A stretch of 64,000 nt of DNA from Antedon mediterranea (GCF_964355755.1 NC_092672.1:23325237-23389236), one strand, 5' to 3'. Counted from the stretch's first letter, positions 26,087-37,617 are shown. Numbers and translations: made by a program. The notes: generated by a model from the sequence alone, not told the origin.

Positions 26087-26726
26087 CTTAAAGGTTGCAA
26101 CTACTTTAAGCTGAACTATAAATACTGTATGCAATCTTACAGGTCGCAACTACTTTAAGCTAAACTATAAATACTGTATGCAATCTTAAAGGTTGCAACT
26201 ACTTTAAGCTAAACTATAAATACTGTAAGCAATCTTAAAGGTTGCAACTACTTTAAGCTAAACTATAAATACTGTATGCAATCTTAAAGGTCGCAACTAC
26301 TTTAAGCTAAACTATAAATACTGTATGCAATCTTAAAGGTCGCAACTACTTTAAGCTAAACTATAAATACTGTATGCAATCCTAAAGGTTGCAACTACTT
26401 TAAGCTAAACTATAAATACTGTATGCAATCTTAAAGGTCGCAACTACTTTAAGCTAAACTATAAATACTGTATGCAATCTTAAAGGTTGCAACTACTTTA
26501 AGCTAAACTATAAATACTGTATGCAATCTTAAAGGTTGCAACTACTTTAAGCTAAACTATAAATACTGTATGCAATCTTAAAGGTTGCAACTACTTTAAG
26601 CCAAACTATAAATACTGTATGCAATCTTAAAGGTCGCAACTACTTTAAGCTAAACTACAAATACTGTATGCAATCTTAAAGGTTGCAACTACTTTAAGCT
26701 GAACTATAAATACTGTATGCAATCTT
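26087..26726. repeat. 49-bp intronic minisatellite, ~13 copies
   Basis: Unit AAAGGTTGCAACTACTTTAAGCTAAACTATAAATACTGTATGCAATCTT. Confidence 0.95.
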
Positions 26727-27064
26727 TTTATTGGTATAATACAGAAAATAATTAAACAGCATAACCTTTATATCATTTACCTTGTTTTTCAGAATCAATT
26801 TCACATGGTCCAGTGACATCATCACTAATAAACTCTATATTTCCAAGATAAAGTATACCACTTAGAACCTACAAATAAACACATTTTCAAATTCAATTCA
26901 ATAATTCAAAAAATACAATTATAACATTACTATTAGATTTATGTATAAAAAACATCAAAGTCTATTATCACTTATTTATATACTACCATTTGATTTACAT
27001 TACCATAAATGTGTAAAAGTTGTTTTGAATCAATATACTATCATAATTGTAAAAACTAGGTAAA

Positions 27065-27219
27065 AGTTCACTGATGTTTACTGTCCACATGTGCTGGATT
27101 AGTTCAACCAAGGCATCTAAACACATTGCTTTGGTTCAGTTAGTTCACTGATGTTTACTGTCCACATGTGCTGGATTAGTTCAACCAAGGCATCTAAACA
27201 CATTGTTTTGGTTCAGTTA
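27065..27219. repeat. ~77-bp direct duplication (2 copies)
   Basis: AGTTCACTGATGTTTACTGTCCACATG...GGTTCAGTT repeated back to back. Confidence 0.9.
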
Positions 27220-27308
27220 CTAATAATATCACCATCACTAAGTTTAACCATGTTTTACCAGTTAATTCACTCTTCCCTGGTAAAATAATGTTTGTTAAGT
27301 AACCAGTT

Positions 27309-27710
27309 CTAATTAAGTAAAAGTTTCTTAATTTAAATAATTCTTGTTGCTTTGACCTGCTAAGTCCAACATTATATTATTTGCTTACTAACTAATTAAG
27401 TAAAAGTTTCTTACTTTAAATAATTCTTGTTGCTGTGACCTGCTAAGTCCAACATTAGACATTGCTTACTAACTAATTAAGTAAAAGTTTCTTACTTTAA
27501 ATAATTCTTGTTGCTTTGACTTGCTAAGTCCAACATTAGACATTGCTTACTAACTAATTAAGTAAAAGTTTCTTACTTTAAATAATTCTTGTTGCTGTGA
27601 CTTGCTAAGTCCAACATTAGACATTGCCTACTAACTAATTAAGTAAAAGTTTCTTACTTTAAATAATTCTTGTTGCTGTGACCTGCTAAGTCCAACATTA
27701 CACATTGCTT
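27309..27710. repeat. 81-bp tandem repeat x5 spanning an exon 3' end and its splice donor
   Basis: Copies start at 27309, 27392, 27473, 27554 and 27635; the last overlaps exon 27658-27855. Confidence 0.95.
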
Positions 27711-27855
27711 GCTTTGTAACTATAAAATCTTGTTTATCCTTTTGATTACATGCATCTTCTGAACGGTTTAGTGTCACATAGTTTAAGTTGTCTGAACTCA
27801 ATACATTTGGTAGTAACCAGTTCCTCATTTCCCTTTCATTTGCGCCAAACAGCAT
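27658..27855 (-). CDS. MYO19: MYO19-like motor exon
   Basis: MLFGANERE...TKQAMCNVGLSRSQQQELFK; GT-AG. Confidence 0.85.
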
Positions 27856-28501
27856 CTATGATAATTTGAAAGAAGAAATGTTAATGATATTATTAAAAAG
27901 ACTAATAATGAGAATAATATAAACTAATAATATATTTCATGCTTTGATAACATTAGTAGAGTGAGTGCTTTCTTGCCCAATATTACAAAATATTACAAAG
28001 TGACAATTTTGTTTCAAGATGTTTAATATCAGTACCAGAAAGATCCTTTTCACATCTGCCTACATTGATCTCCAGACTTATTACATGTTTTCATATTTAC
28101 TCACGAACCTTGTGAAATCACGGGAGAAGTATTGTCATTGTATAGTTGATGGTGCTATCATTAGTACAATCTCAAGTTTGTGAGAACAAAAAAGTCACGC
28201 TTCGATACTTTCAAACAGGTGTATGGTCAGTTAAATACCAGGACAAAGCACAAATGCGTAGAAGAAACAAAAAAACAGGCCCCTGTGAATATCAGTAGAT
28301 TTTTAAAAACATGATTACAACCAAAGGGTACATGTTTGCTATTAGCCTACTCACTTTAGAAACATGGCAACAGAAATAAATTGCAGGGTTTTCTCTAACC
28401 TGAAGAAAATATGCAAATGTATCACAGTTTCCAGCAGTTAAGTTAAACAGTTGGTTATCCGGTTTAAAGGTACACCAAAATGAAACATAACTAATACTAA
28501 C

Positions 28502-28850
28502 TTGGTAAAAGATGTGAAAATTCCTGGCACCATCACATTGATAAACAACTCTAGTTTTCTCAAGAAGATATGTCTGAATAGAAGCACCAACAACATGATT
28601 TCCACTGAAAACAAAATTGTAAAGTTAAAATAAGAATTCCTCTTATTTGTAAGAGTGTGTGTAATTTCATTCTTCCCTGCTATGACACACAAAATGGCAT
28701 ATGTAGAAACTCAAAATGCATGGCCTGTATACAGTATGTTGGTTGAACATTGACAAATAAAAATAATGTATGAAACTTACCGACTGAATTGTAGCTGAAT
28801 GTACTTTCCAAAGCGGCTACTATTGTGATTCCTGGTTGTGCTAGCATTGC
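28502..28850 (-). CDS. MYO19: MYO19-like switch I exons (28781-28850 and 28502-28604)
   Basis: [22 protein letters not shown] / [29 protein letters not shown]. Confidence 0.92.
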
Positions 28851-29668
28851 CTACGAAAATGAAATAATAGTTGTCTAACAGAGATGGAGTTGTAGGGAGG
28901 TGTGGGGTACTGGGTGGCAAAAGATTAATATTACTGTATATATATATATATACTGGTGCAGGCCATCAAATATTGCCATCAATTGCAATTAATTCTACTA
29001 GTCTTAATGATACCAAATCTGCCAAAAATTAAATTTGAGCATAAAATCTGACGAAATTCATATTTAGAACATACTGTAAGTTGGCCACTGCTCATCAACA
29101 GTTTTAGCCTATATATTATATTAGGAGTTTAAAGGATTTTTTTGACACCATGACTGAAGGTTAAAGATTATGCTAGAATTACAAAATGTAAAATCAGTAC
29201 ACAAACTGCTTTAAATTAGCATTTTAAATTTCATTTTACATAAAGCGTTAATCAATTTTAGGTTAGGTGTAGCTTTATTTATTTATTTTTAAATCAGTAT
29301 GATACTTATTGACTTTTATATTTCAGTTTTCTCAGGGAAGAGTTAAATTACAATTTAATTTAACTCTTCCCTGGTTTTCTTGTAATTTTAATGGTACACT
29401 ATGGTACTCATTTTTATTTGGTTCTCATCTCTTTATCGACTGTTCTTATTCTATTTTTTTCTTTATCTGTTGATGATAATGATGATGAATATAGAACATT
29501 TGATATATTGATATGATTTAAAAATGCTGATTTTGTATATTTAAATAACATAAAGGTGCTTCTTCTAGCGATGTTTCTTAGGACCATAACAGTACATAGA
29601 TGTTTTTACATTTGAGAATGACATAGTGTATCTTACTGTACTTTATTAAAGATAAACATAATAATTAC

Positions 29669-30404
29669 CAAATGCTTCAAGAATAGGATTTGAGTCTAAT
29701 ATTCTACGTTCAATGCAATCTGCTGGTGATGGTGTAAAACCACTATGAACAAAAAAGACAACAAGTTATCACAAATAAGTAACAAAACAGAGACAAATCT
29801 ATAATTATGATGAAATAAAAACTGTAATTTTACATACATGAGAGTGTTTAATGATATTAAATTAAATGGGTTTATTTTTATTACCCAGGGTTACATACTG
29901 CCACCATTGTCAGATATTTTAGTAAACATCTTGCATTCCATGTCTGTAATAAAACAATAATAAATAACAGAGAATAACAAACGTTTTTGTATTTTCACAA
30001 AAAATATTGACAAACTGCCTTTGTGAAAATGGATTGCCAACATTCCCTCTTTGCACGTCTGGCAAGCATTTAGTGACATTCAATAAATCCTGATTTTGTA
30101 ACGGTGTCTTTTGAAACAGTAAAAACAAATTATAGCACTCTCTATTACTTGTCCATGCTTTTAGCCTCTCTATTTTTATTCAATTTTGGGCCTCACTATT
30201 ATTTCAAAATAAAGAAGTGGTTTTAAATGTAAAAAATTGACTCTGATTACATTGGTGAAAACAAACGTAAAACTGAAATTGTTGAATTACCTTTCCAGAA
30301 CCACTTTCACCGCTGACAATTATTGACTGATTAATCTTGTCTAGTCTTCTAGTAAGATTACACAAAGCTGTTTCTGCAATTCCAAATACATGTGGTGGGT
30401 GTGC
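29669..30404 (-). CDS. MYO19: MYO19-like P-loop exons (30291-30404, 29885-29943, 29669-29742)
   Basis: HPPHVFGIA...[14 protein letters not shown] / [11 protein letters not shown] / [16 protein letters not shown]; phases consistent. Confidence 0.92.
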
Positions 30405-30870
30405 CTGAAAAAAATAAAATAAAGAAAGATGTATATTCCCCAAAAAACATAAAAATGAGGATTAATAAATCAAGCCATTTTGCTGTTTTAAAAAAGTTAT
30501 TAATTTTAAAGAAATAAAAACAAACAAATATAGTGTTTTTACTTTAAAAAAAGACAAAATTAATGGTTAAACTTAACCAAATGTTAAAAAATTACAGTCT
30601 TTCAGGTAAATAATGTTTTTTTTTCCAATTTTTGGTCAAAGTGAATAACTACAGTATTATGTGACATAAAATAGCATATTCAACAAAACAATTATCTTTT
30701 CAGAGGAGCTCTGCATATATCTCTAAGTTCTCACTTCTAAGAGCAACTGAGGACATATTAATATTTTTTCCCAATATTGAAGATAAAGTGAAGTCAAGAT
30801 TTTAATAGTGATGTCATCAACATATCAATTTTCCTAAAAATCAATAGTATACTAGCAAATCGTTGTTTAC

Positions 30871-31404
30871 CTTTTGATTACTATGGTAACGATGAATCAT
30901 ATGAACATCAAAATATCCAGCTGCTTTGAAAGGATTTAAAGTAACAAGTGTGTTGCCAGTCTGAGTGTAGTATCTACCAGAAGTACCGCTCAAGTGTGTT
31001 GCCAGTATTTTGTCTAATTTTCTTCAAATTGTTCTACTCTAAAAATGTATTACTGTAACTATAAATTTTATTTTAAAGTGGTCTTTAATTGGAGAAAAAT
31101 TTGAAGGAAAATGTTGGATTCATCCAAATTGTGGTCTTTGATCTCTAATTAGAGGGCGGCAACAGCTAATGGTAGAAAATAGGTGATCATCTGTCTTTAA
31201 ATTAGATTGAGCTTTTAATTAAAGGAGTCTTTAATAGAAGGAAGACCTGTATAGTACTAACAACCATTGAAACATGTGTCTACTATTAATTCACTTACCA
31301 GCAGGTTCTGAGAGAGGATTAAGCAAAACAAGATCATCTGTATTGATCCAATCTGTTTGAGTACACAGCACTGGATAGCCAGCATGACCACGTATCACAA
31401 CCTC
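30871..31404 (-). CDS. MYO19: MYO19-like N-terminal motor exons (31299-31404 and 30871-31013)
   Basis: TDDLVLLNPLSE / YYTQTGNTLVTLNPFK. Confidence 0.85.
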
Positions 31405-32539
31405 CTAGACAATGAAGTTACAAGCAATATTTAAAATACATTATATAGAATACTTAGTAGCAAGGTTGGGTTGTTGGCATAGATGGTATGCTTCCCTCCC
31501 CTCCTTACCTTACAATTATATTTAGTGACTATAATCTTGCCATCACTAAAACATGAATTAACACATGCTCGAACCCAGACCTCTTACCTGGCCATTAGAT
31601 TTAGTGACTATAATCTTGCCATCACTAAAACATGAATTGACACATGCTCGAACCCAAACCTCTTTTTCATCATGTATCCACACCATTAACCCCTGAAAGT
31701 ACAGTAAACAGTTCATTATTCAATTCAATCAACTTTTATTATCCACAATCTGATTCTTTTGGTTGTGGCAGACTCACAAATGTAAACAAACATTTAAAAC
31801 AAATGTTTAAAATACACATGTATACAAATTATTGCTAAAGAGTAATAGTTGTAAAGTCTAACAGCTTTCAGAATAAATTAAAATTTTGCAGATATTTAGC
31901 ATAATGGATGCTATAAGCTCGGCTATAAATAAGCCCATCGCTAAATACCTTTGAATAGGCCTAGAGTTTTCGCATCAGCAGAAGAACACGAAACATAGCC
32001 TAGGACAAAAATCATTCAACTGTGACCACTCTTGATCATCGTCGTGATTTTGCCATGAACGGTCTCTTTGGCCATGCGCAGATCATGCCGGGAACCAGTA
32101 CAAATATTGCGCCCTCTCTGGCGTGGTCCTGTTGTCTTTTTAGAGAACACTGGATTTTTATTTGGTAAATGGTAGTTCAAGTCCGTAGTATTTTTCAGTA
32201 AAACAGGTAGCGCAAGTGCCTCATGTCTTGAAGTGGCTGCTGCACCCACCGTTTGGTTTATATACAAGTGACCCCCCTCCCCCGGATGCCAGATGAAGAC
32301 TTATTGAAAACAAGTTAAAACGTTGCACATGTACATATTATTTTTAAACAACCTACTGACTTAAAGAAGGGCTTACACAGATGGAATTAGTAAATTAACC
32401 AGCCAATGTGTGGGGCAACCATTTCATTCCATGTCTTTAATACCCTAATAAATAACTGTGCCAAGTATCAGAATGTTCACTTCAGGTCTACTAAAAGTAG
32501 GCCTACTATGCATGACAAGTGTCAGAACCCAGGTAAAAA

Positions 32540-32862
32540 TTCCAGTTGAAGACCAGTTGGGAATTTTCCCAGTTGGGAATTTTCCCTGTTGTGAATTGAG
32601 ACAATTCCCAGTTGAAAAACCAGTTGGGAATTTTTGAACTGGTCTTAAAAATCCCAGTTGTAAATTTTTCCCAGTTGTGAATTTTCCAACTGGTCTGACC
32701 GATCCCAGTTGTAAATTTTCCAACTGGTCTGACTGATACCAGTTGTAAATTTTGTAACTGGTGTGATTGATCCCAGTTGGAAATTTTCCAACTGGTCTGA
32801 CCAATCCCAGTTGTAAATTTTCCCACTGGTGTGATTGATCCCAGTTGGAAATTTTACCAGTT
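32540..32862. repeat. Subterminal repeat array (CCCAGTTG-N-AAATTTTC-CAACTGG)
   Basis: About 20 copies of a short motif in both orientations, as in CACTA subterminal regions. Confidence 0.85.
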
Positions 32863-32949
32863 CAATAGGTCTAAAAAACAGTACAAATACAAATCACTCA
32901 AATAACATAAATTCAAATTTGTTTAGTTTAATAACTTGTTCTGGACAAT

Positions 32950-33172
32950 TATTATTTACAGTAACTGTGCCTCCTGTGGTAGGGGGCGTTACTCCACTAA
33001 GGTCTTAATGACCCGCATACCCCCACATTATTTACAGTAACTGTGCATCCTGGGGTAGGGACGTTACTCCACTAAGGTCTTAATGACCCGCATACCCCCA
33101 CATTATTTACAGTAACTGTGCATCCTGGGGCAGGGGCGTTACTCCACTAAGGTCCTAATGACCCGCATACCC
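32950..33172. repeat. ~76-bp tandem repeat x3 in the presumed 3' UTR of the BEN gene
   Basis: ATTATTTACAGTAACTGTGC...GACCCGCATACCC repeated three times. Confidence 0.9.
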
Positions 33173-33183
33173 TCAAAATAGGT

Positions 33184-36100
33184 CTAATCAGACATTGCCA
33201 GTTTACGCTTTGCTGGCCGGTTTAAATCAGCGACCTTTTCTGTTATATATCGGTTCAGTCGACTCCCCTCAACAGCAATTTCTTCCCGTGTCCTACCAGA
33301 TTCTGATAGGTATTCAATGAATCTATCTGAAATATACAAAGCAAGATACACCTACATCAATAATTGTCAATTAAAAATATGATTTAAACAGAAAAAAAAC
33401 TGCAAACACAAAGAATATTACTCGCAAGCATTCATAATGATGGTGGATGAAGAAATGATAAAATTTCAATATACTTAAAAGAAAAAAGATTTGTAAAAAG
33501 CCCCCTTTTTTACATTACTTGTGCATGTTGTCTGTTTGGTTTAATGAATTAAAGAAGCATATATTTGAAAACAATTAAGCATTTTCATGGATGTTATACA
33601 CAAAGTTACGATTTCATTGAATTCAGAAAAAAATTGGAAACTGTAACAAAAATAGAAATTATTATAATAAACATACATACCTCTAACTGCCTTGTATTTT
33701 ACAGGCGTCATTGCTGGCTTGGCAACACGGGTTCCTATGTGCCTGGGACACACCTTTCCCTCTACCGAACGGTTCTTTAAAGTCTCGGAGCCCCATACCG
33801 CCACAACCAGAGACTTTACAAACATTGATGCTTTACGGTTTGCTTTTATTGGTTCCCAATTTTCTATGGGCAGAAATAGCCCAAAACCAATGTGCACCTG
33901 AAAAAATAAGAAGGTTGATTAAAAAAAGTACAGTACTTCCTTTCTATTCCTTTCTTTTTAATTCAAAAGTGACATTAGGATAGCAGTAAAGACAAAAATA
34001 CCTGTTTATGAGGAAACCAAGAGGGGGACGGAAAACTACTAGATTTGAGGTTCATTTACAATTTGGCCTTCATACAGATGTAACTGGCTCAGAGAAACAT
34101 TGGAAATTAAGTTGTGGAACCGTTTAGAGTCCACAGTGGACTGATGTTCTCTAAAGAAAAACAATTAACATGCATGATTTCAGATATTGACGTAGTTACA
34201 GATAATTAAGGGTCTAATTTCTACTGCACCAACTCAATTTGTTATAACAACTTACTTGTCCATCTTGGTTGGTCAAAACTGGCGGCAGGTCATCTTCCTG
34301 GGTTTGGACTTCTGTCTGGGGCAAGGGATCTTTATCAGGCTGGTCTACAGGTGGCTGACTATCAATTTGGTCTTTGGATGTGTGTGGCTGATCATCAACT
34401 CTCTTCATTTTTTGCACACCTTTGGCTAAAAAATGAAAAAACTTCGATTTACCAAAAAAATTGTTGGTATCTAGTCATATATATACAAATTCCAAACAAA
34501 ATTCATAAAACATTTGTTCTGTTCACTCATGCCTGCTAGATAGTCTAGGCTCCAGGTGGAAAAAAAGTTTGTTTAAATTTTTAATTTCTTTTTGAAAAAA
34601 ACATGCATGGTGTATATTTATATTAAATTATATAAAAAAAACTACATACCAATCGGAACAACATTTCTAAGGAGTGCTTTTTGAAGGTCTAAATTAATAG
34701 ACCGGTACTCTTTAACTTCTTTTTGGCATTCAGCCAGCTTCTGATTTACAGTGTCCATTTCTGTTTTTGATGTTTTTCCATTTTTGACGATATTTCTCTG
34801 CCAGTTGAGAAACTTTCAAATACTCTTCTTCTGATACAGATTTACTAGTTGATTGCTTTGAAACAGCAGTACAGAGCGGATTATCCCTCTTTGTTTTCAA
34901 TTTCTCCTCTAGTACTGTGCTCAGAGCAGTCTTCTCAGCAGCAGCAATACTTGATTTTTTCTGTTTCTTCAATTGCAAGAATAACAAGAACTATATCAGA
35001 AAATATGTTTGTAATTATAGGATACATAACGAAATGTGTGTAGTGCAAAGGTTGCATTAAACAATATCCTTTATCCATGAATTTATGATCAATGATCATA
35101 AATGTGCACTGTTTTAACTATTAACATAATTTAAAGTTTAGTTTTTTCATTACTTTTTAAATTGTGAACACTTAATTTCTACTAATAGAGTTAACTACAA
35201 CAATGTTAACTTAATTTAACCAGAATCAAATGAATAGAAACATAAATATAATTACTTACTCTTTCCTTTTTTGCTGATTGTAATATATCCTCGTCACTTG
35301 TTTCCTCCACACTTGTGTCAAGGATTTTGGGAACCTTAACCCTTGATTGATTAATCAGCACATCCAGATTTTCCCGGGTATCTATTTAAACAAAATTATT
35401 ACTGTTAAAATACTTTTGATGGTCCGTTATTTACCATTAAAACCAGTGAGTTCTTATTTTACAACTCCCTGATTAAAACTATGGTGCACTGAAACTCCCA
35501 AAGCAGTATGTTAATTTATGTAGCACGGTGAAATTCATGACCATGTCCCCAACCAACAAAAAAGGTAATGATAATAAAAATAAAATAATTTATATCCATT
35601 TTTATATTTGTATATATTATATGGATAAATCAATGAACTTCACGTGGTAATAATGCAGTATAGTAAGTGCGAGAAAAGGAGGGATAACTTTAGATAAACA
35701 AGTCATTAATGGCAATATTGGTAAACTTTCCATGAGATCCCTGATTGCTTGAAATTAATTTGTTTTCTTCGATTAATAACGAACTATTCACAACCGCTAG
35801 AACTAGCACTACTAAATTTAGTAATGGATGTTCAAGTAGGCTCCGGGCTAAGCCTACATCTAGTATTTAAATTTGTAAAAAAAAATGTATTTAAAAAAAA
35901 ATTAATGTTTACTCTGGTAGTAATAACATTATAATTTATATGGTTTTAACAACTCCCTGGTTAGGCATTGCTAGTATAATTCAGATTAAAATGTACAAAA
36001 CAAAAATAAGTGCATTACCTGCTAACAACAAAATCTGAGCCTTGTAGTAATCTTCATCTCCATCTTCATTTTTCCAGAGAACGCGAAAGGCCTTCTGCTT

Positions 36101-36211
36101 GTTAAAATCCCCATCTTCAGTGGTTGAGAAACGCTTAATACTGCTTATAGGCACAACAGTTTTGACATTATCGGTAATGTAGCGTACATAAGCAAATTTA
36201 AAATTGGACAT
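33184..36211 (-). CDS. Six-exon BEN-domain protein gene (N-terminal beta-rich domain, coiled coil, C-terminal BEN), transposon-associated, one frameshift
   Basis: Exons 36019-36211 (ATG; AYVRYITDNVKTVVPISSIK...YKAQILLLA), 35260-35381, 34650-~34972, 34256-34425, 33681-33897 (FVKSLVVAVWGSETLKNRSVEGK...KPAMTPVKYKAV, BEN-like), 33184-33326 (RLNRYITEKVADLNR...TAG). Exon 3 has a +1 shift at ~34765-34777 and an apparent CAG>CAA acceptor change. Confidence 0.75.
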
Positions 36212-36398
36212 GATGATGAATACAAAGATAATAGTAATAATATACTGTGGCTTTTCTTGGCAAAACGATCTGTTTAAATAATACAGAGCAAGTGATTTCG
36301 ATTTCTTGGTGGGCCAACTTGAACTTGTTTATAAGTTGCAATAAATAAATGATTGGACATGTCAAATTAAAAGAGCAATTGACCAATAAAAACGACCG

Positions 36399-37307
36399 AT
36401 GCCCCGCGGTGTAAAAGGACCATCACCACTCATCAACCTGCCAAAGTTTGAGATTGTATGGGGGTTTGTACCAGATTACATGCACTCAGTTGCATTGGGC
36501 GTAACCAAACAATTAGCAGAATATTGGTTGGAGTCTGCCAATGAAGATTACTACATTGGATCACCTAATAATTTGCGTATTCTGGACCAAAGACTTAAAA
36601 GCATCAAGCCACCCAGTATAGTGACAAAGGTCCCACGTGCTATATCAAAAAGAAAAAGTTGGAAAGCTTCAGAATGGCATAACTGGCTTTTGTTTTTCGC
36701 TCTACCTTGTCTTAAGGGCCTGCTACCTGATCTCTATCTCTCACATCTTGGTGCCCTCGTAGAAGCAATGTTGTTGCTTCTCCAGCGATCGGTAAGTCCT
36801 GAAGATGTAAATAGATCTGATGAGCTTCTTTTGTCATTTGTTTTCAGAATGCAAGTACTATATGGGCCTTCTGCAATGAGGTATAATGTCCACTCATTAA
36901 CTCATCTCCCCAAAAGCGTTATGTTATGGGGACCATTGTGGACTCATACTTGTTTCCCCTTTGAGTCTGCCAATGGTGTTGTGAAACGTCTGAAAGGAAA
37001 TAGGGGTATTCCACAGCAAATTATGCATTATTTTTTGCTAGAAAAAGCTCTCCCAATGTTCAATGAAATCTATAATATCTCATTTGATATTCAGCAATTT
37101 GTTGATGATTTAAACAGGACTCGAAAACCTGTTCCTACTGATCAGTTAGGTTTAATTTGTATGTATGGGCAACCAAAGGTACAGCAGCTGTCCGATGTTG
37201 AAATTACTGTACTCCATAGGAATGGTTATGATGTAAATGAGCAGGTCAGGATCTATTACACACATATTCAATCATTAAAACGGTTATACTTAACGGAGCA
37301 TTTCTAA
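36399..37307 (+). CDS. CMC/EnSpm (CACTA)-type DDE transposase fragment, N-terminally truncated
   Basis: GVKGPSPL, PDYMHSVALGV, WKASEW..WLL, YNVHSLTHL, GPLWTHTCFPFESANG: motifs of animal EnSpm/Mirage-like transposases, including the second catalytic D and the E; region with the first D absent. Confidence 0.88.
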   Translation: MPRGVKGPSPLINLPKFEIVWGFVPDYMHSVALGVTKQLAEYWLESANEDYYIGSPNNLRILDQRLKSIKPPSIVTKVPRAISKRKSWKASEWHNWLLFFALPCLKGLLPDLYLSHLGALVEAMLLLLQRSVSPEDVNRSDELLLSFVFRMQVLYGPSAMRYNVHSLTHLPKSVMLWGPLWTHTCFPFESANGVVKRLKGNRGIPQQIMHYFLLEKALPMFNEIYNISFDIQQFVDDLNRTRKPVPTDQLGLICMYGQPKVQQLSDVEITVLHRNGYDVNEQVRIYYTHIQSLKRLYLTEHF

Positions 37308-37329
37308 GCTGTTTGATTTGTGTCCGTGA

Positions 37330-37617
37330 AAATAGGATGATTTGGACAATTGGAATGTATCGTATAAAATGAACTATAGCTCCGTCGGAATGTTGTTTAT
37401 TGATGGTTAATGAATAAAGAGCGATAGGATGATTTGGACAATGGGAATGTATTGTATAAAATCAACCAAGCTCCGTCGGAAGGTTGTCCGTTGATGGTTA
37501 ATGAATATAAAGAGCGATAGGATGATTTGGAAAATGGGAATGTATCGTATAAAATCAACTATAGCTCCTTCAGAAGCTTGTCCGTTGGTGGTTAATGAAT
37601 AAAAGAGCGATAGGATA
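37330..37617. repeat. ~93-bp tandem repeat x3
   Basis: ATAGGATGATTTGGACAATGGGAATGTATCGTATAAAAT...GGTTAATGAATAAAGAGCG units. Confidence 0.9.

Larger units (their letters stand above)
12869..32056 (-). pseudogene. MYO19: Myosin XIX-like gene with disabling lesions (probable non-processed pseudogene)
   Basis: Exons (minus strand): 31299-31404, 30871-31013, 30291-30404 (SGESGSGK P-loop), 29885-29943, 29669-29742 ([12 protein letters not shown]), 28781-28850 (NHNSSRFGK switch I), 28502-28604, 27658-27855, 26781-26868, 24821-25008, 24108-24296 (LLDVYGFE switch II), 23419-23529, 22548-22724, 18314-18406, 17430-17486, 16735-16913, 14918-15107, 14091-14217, 13849-13991 (IQ motifs), ~12869-13510. MYO19-type words: [39 protein letters not shown]. 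Lesions: TAG at 22680-22682, +1 frameshift at ~24891. First and last exons uncertain. Confidence 0.85.
32528..37307. mobile_element. CMC/EnSpm (CACTA)-superfamily transposon remnant carrying a BEN gene and a transposase fragment; only one terminus visible
   Basis: Terminus CCCAGGTAAAAATTCCAGTTG followed by a ~330-bp array of direct and inverted CCAGTTG/CAACTGG motifs, then the BEN gene and a CMC-type transposase ORF. Confidence 0.7.

Noticed and set aside
32445-32826. ORFs of 119 and 106 aa with repeated GKFTTG
   Set aside because: Translations of the transposon subterminal repeat array.
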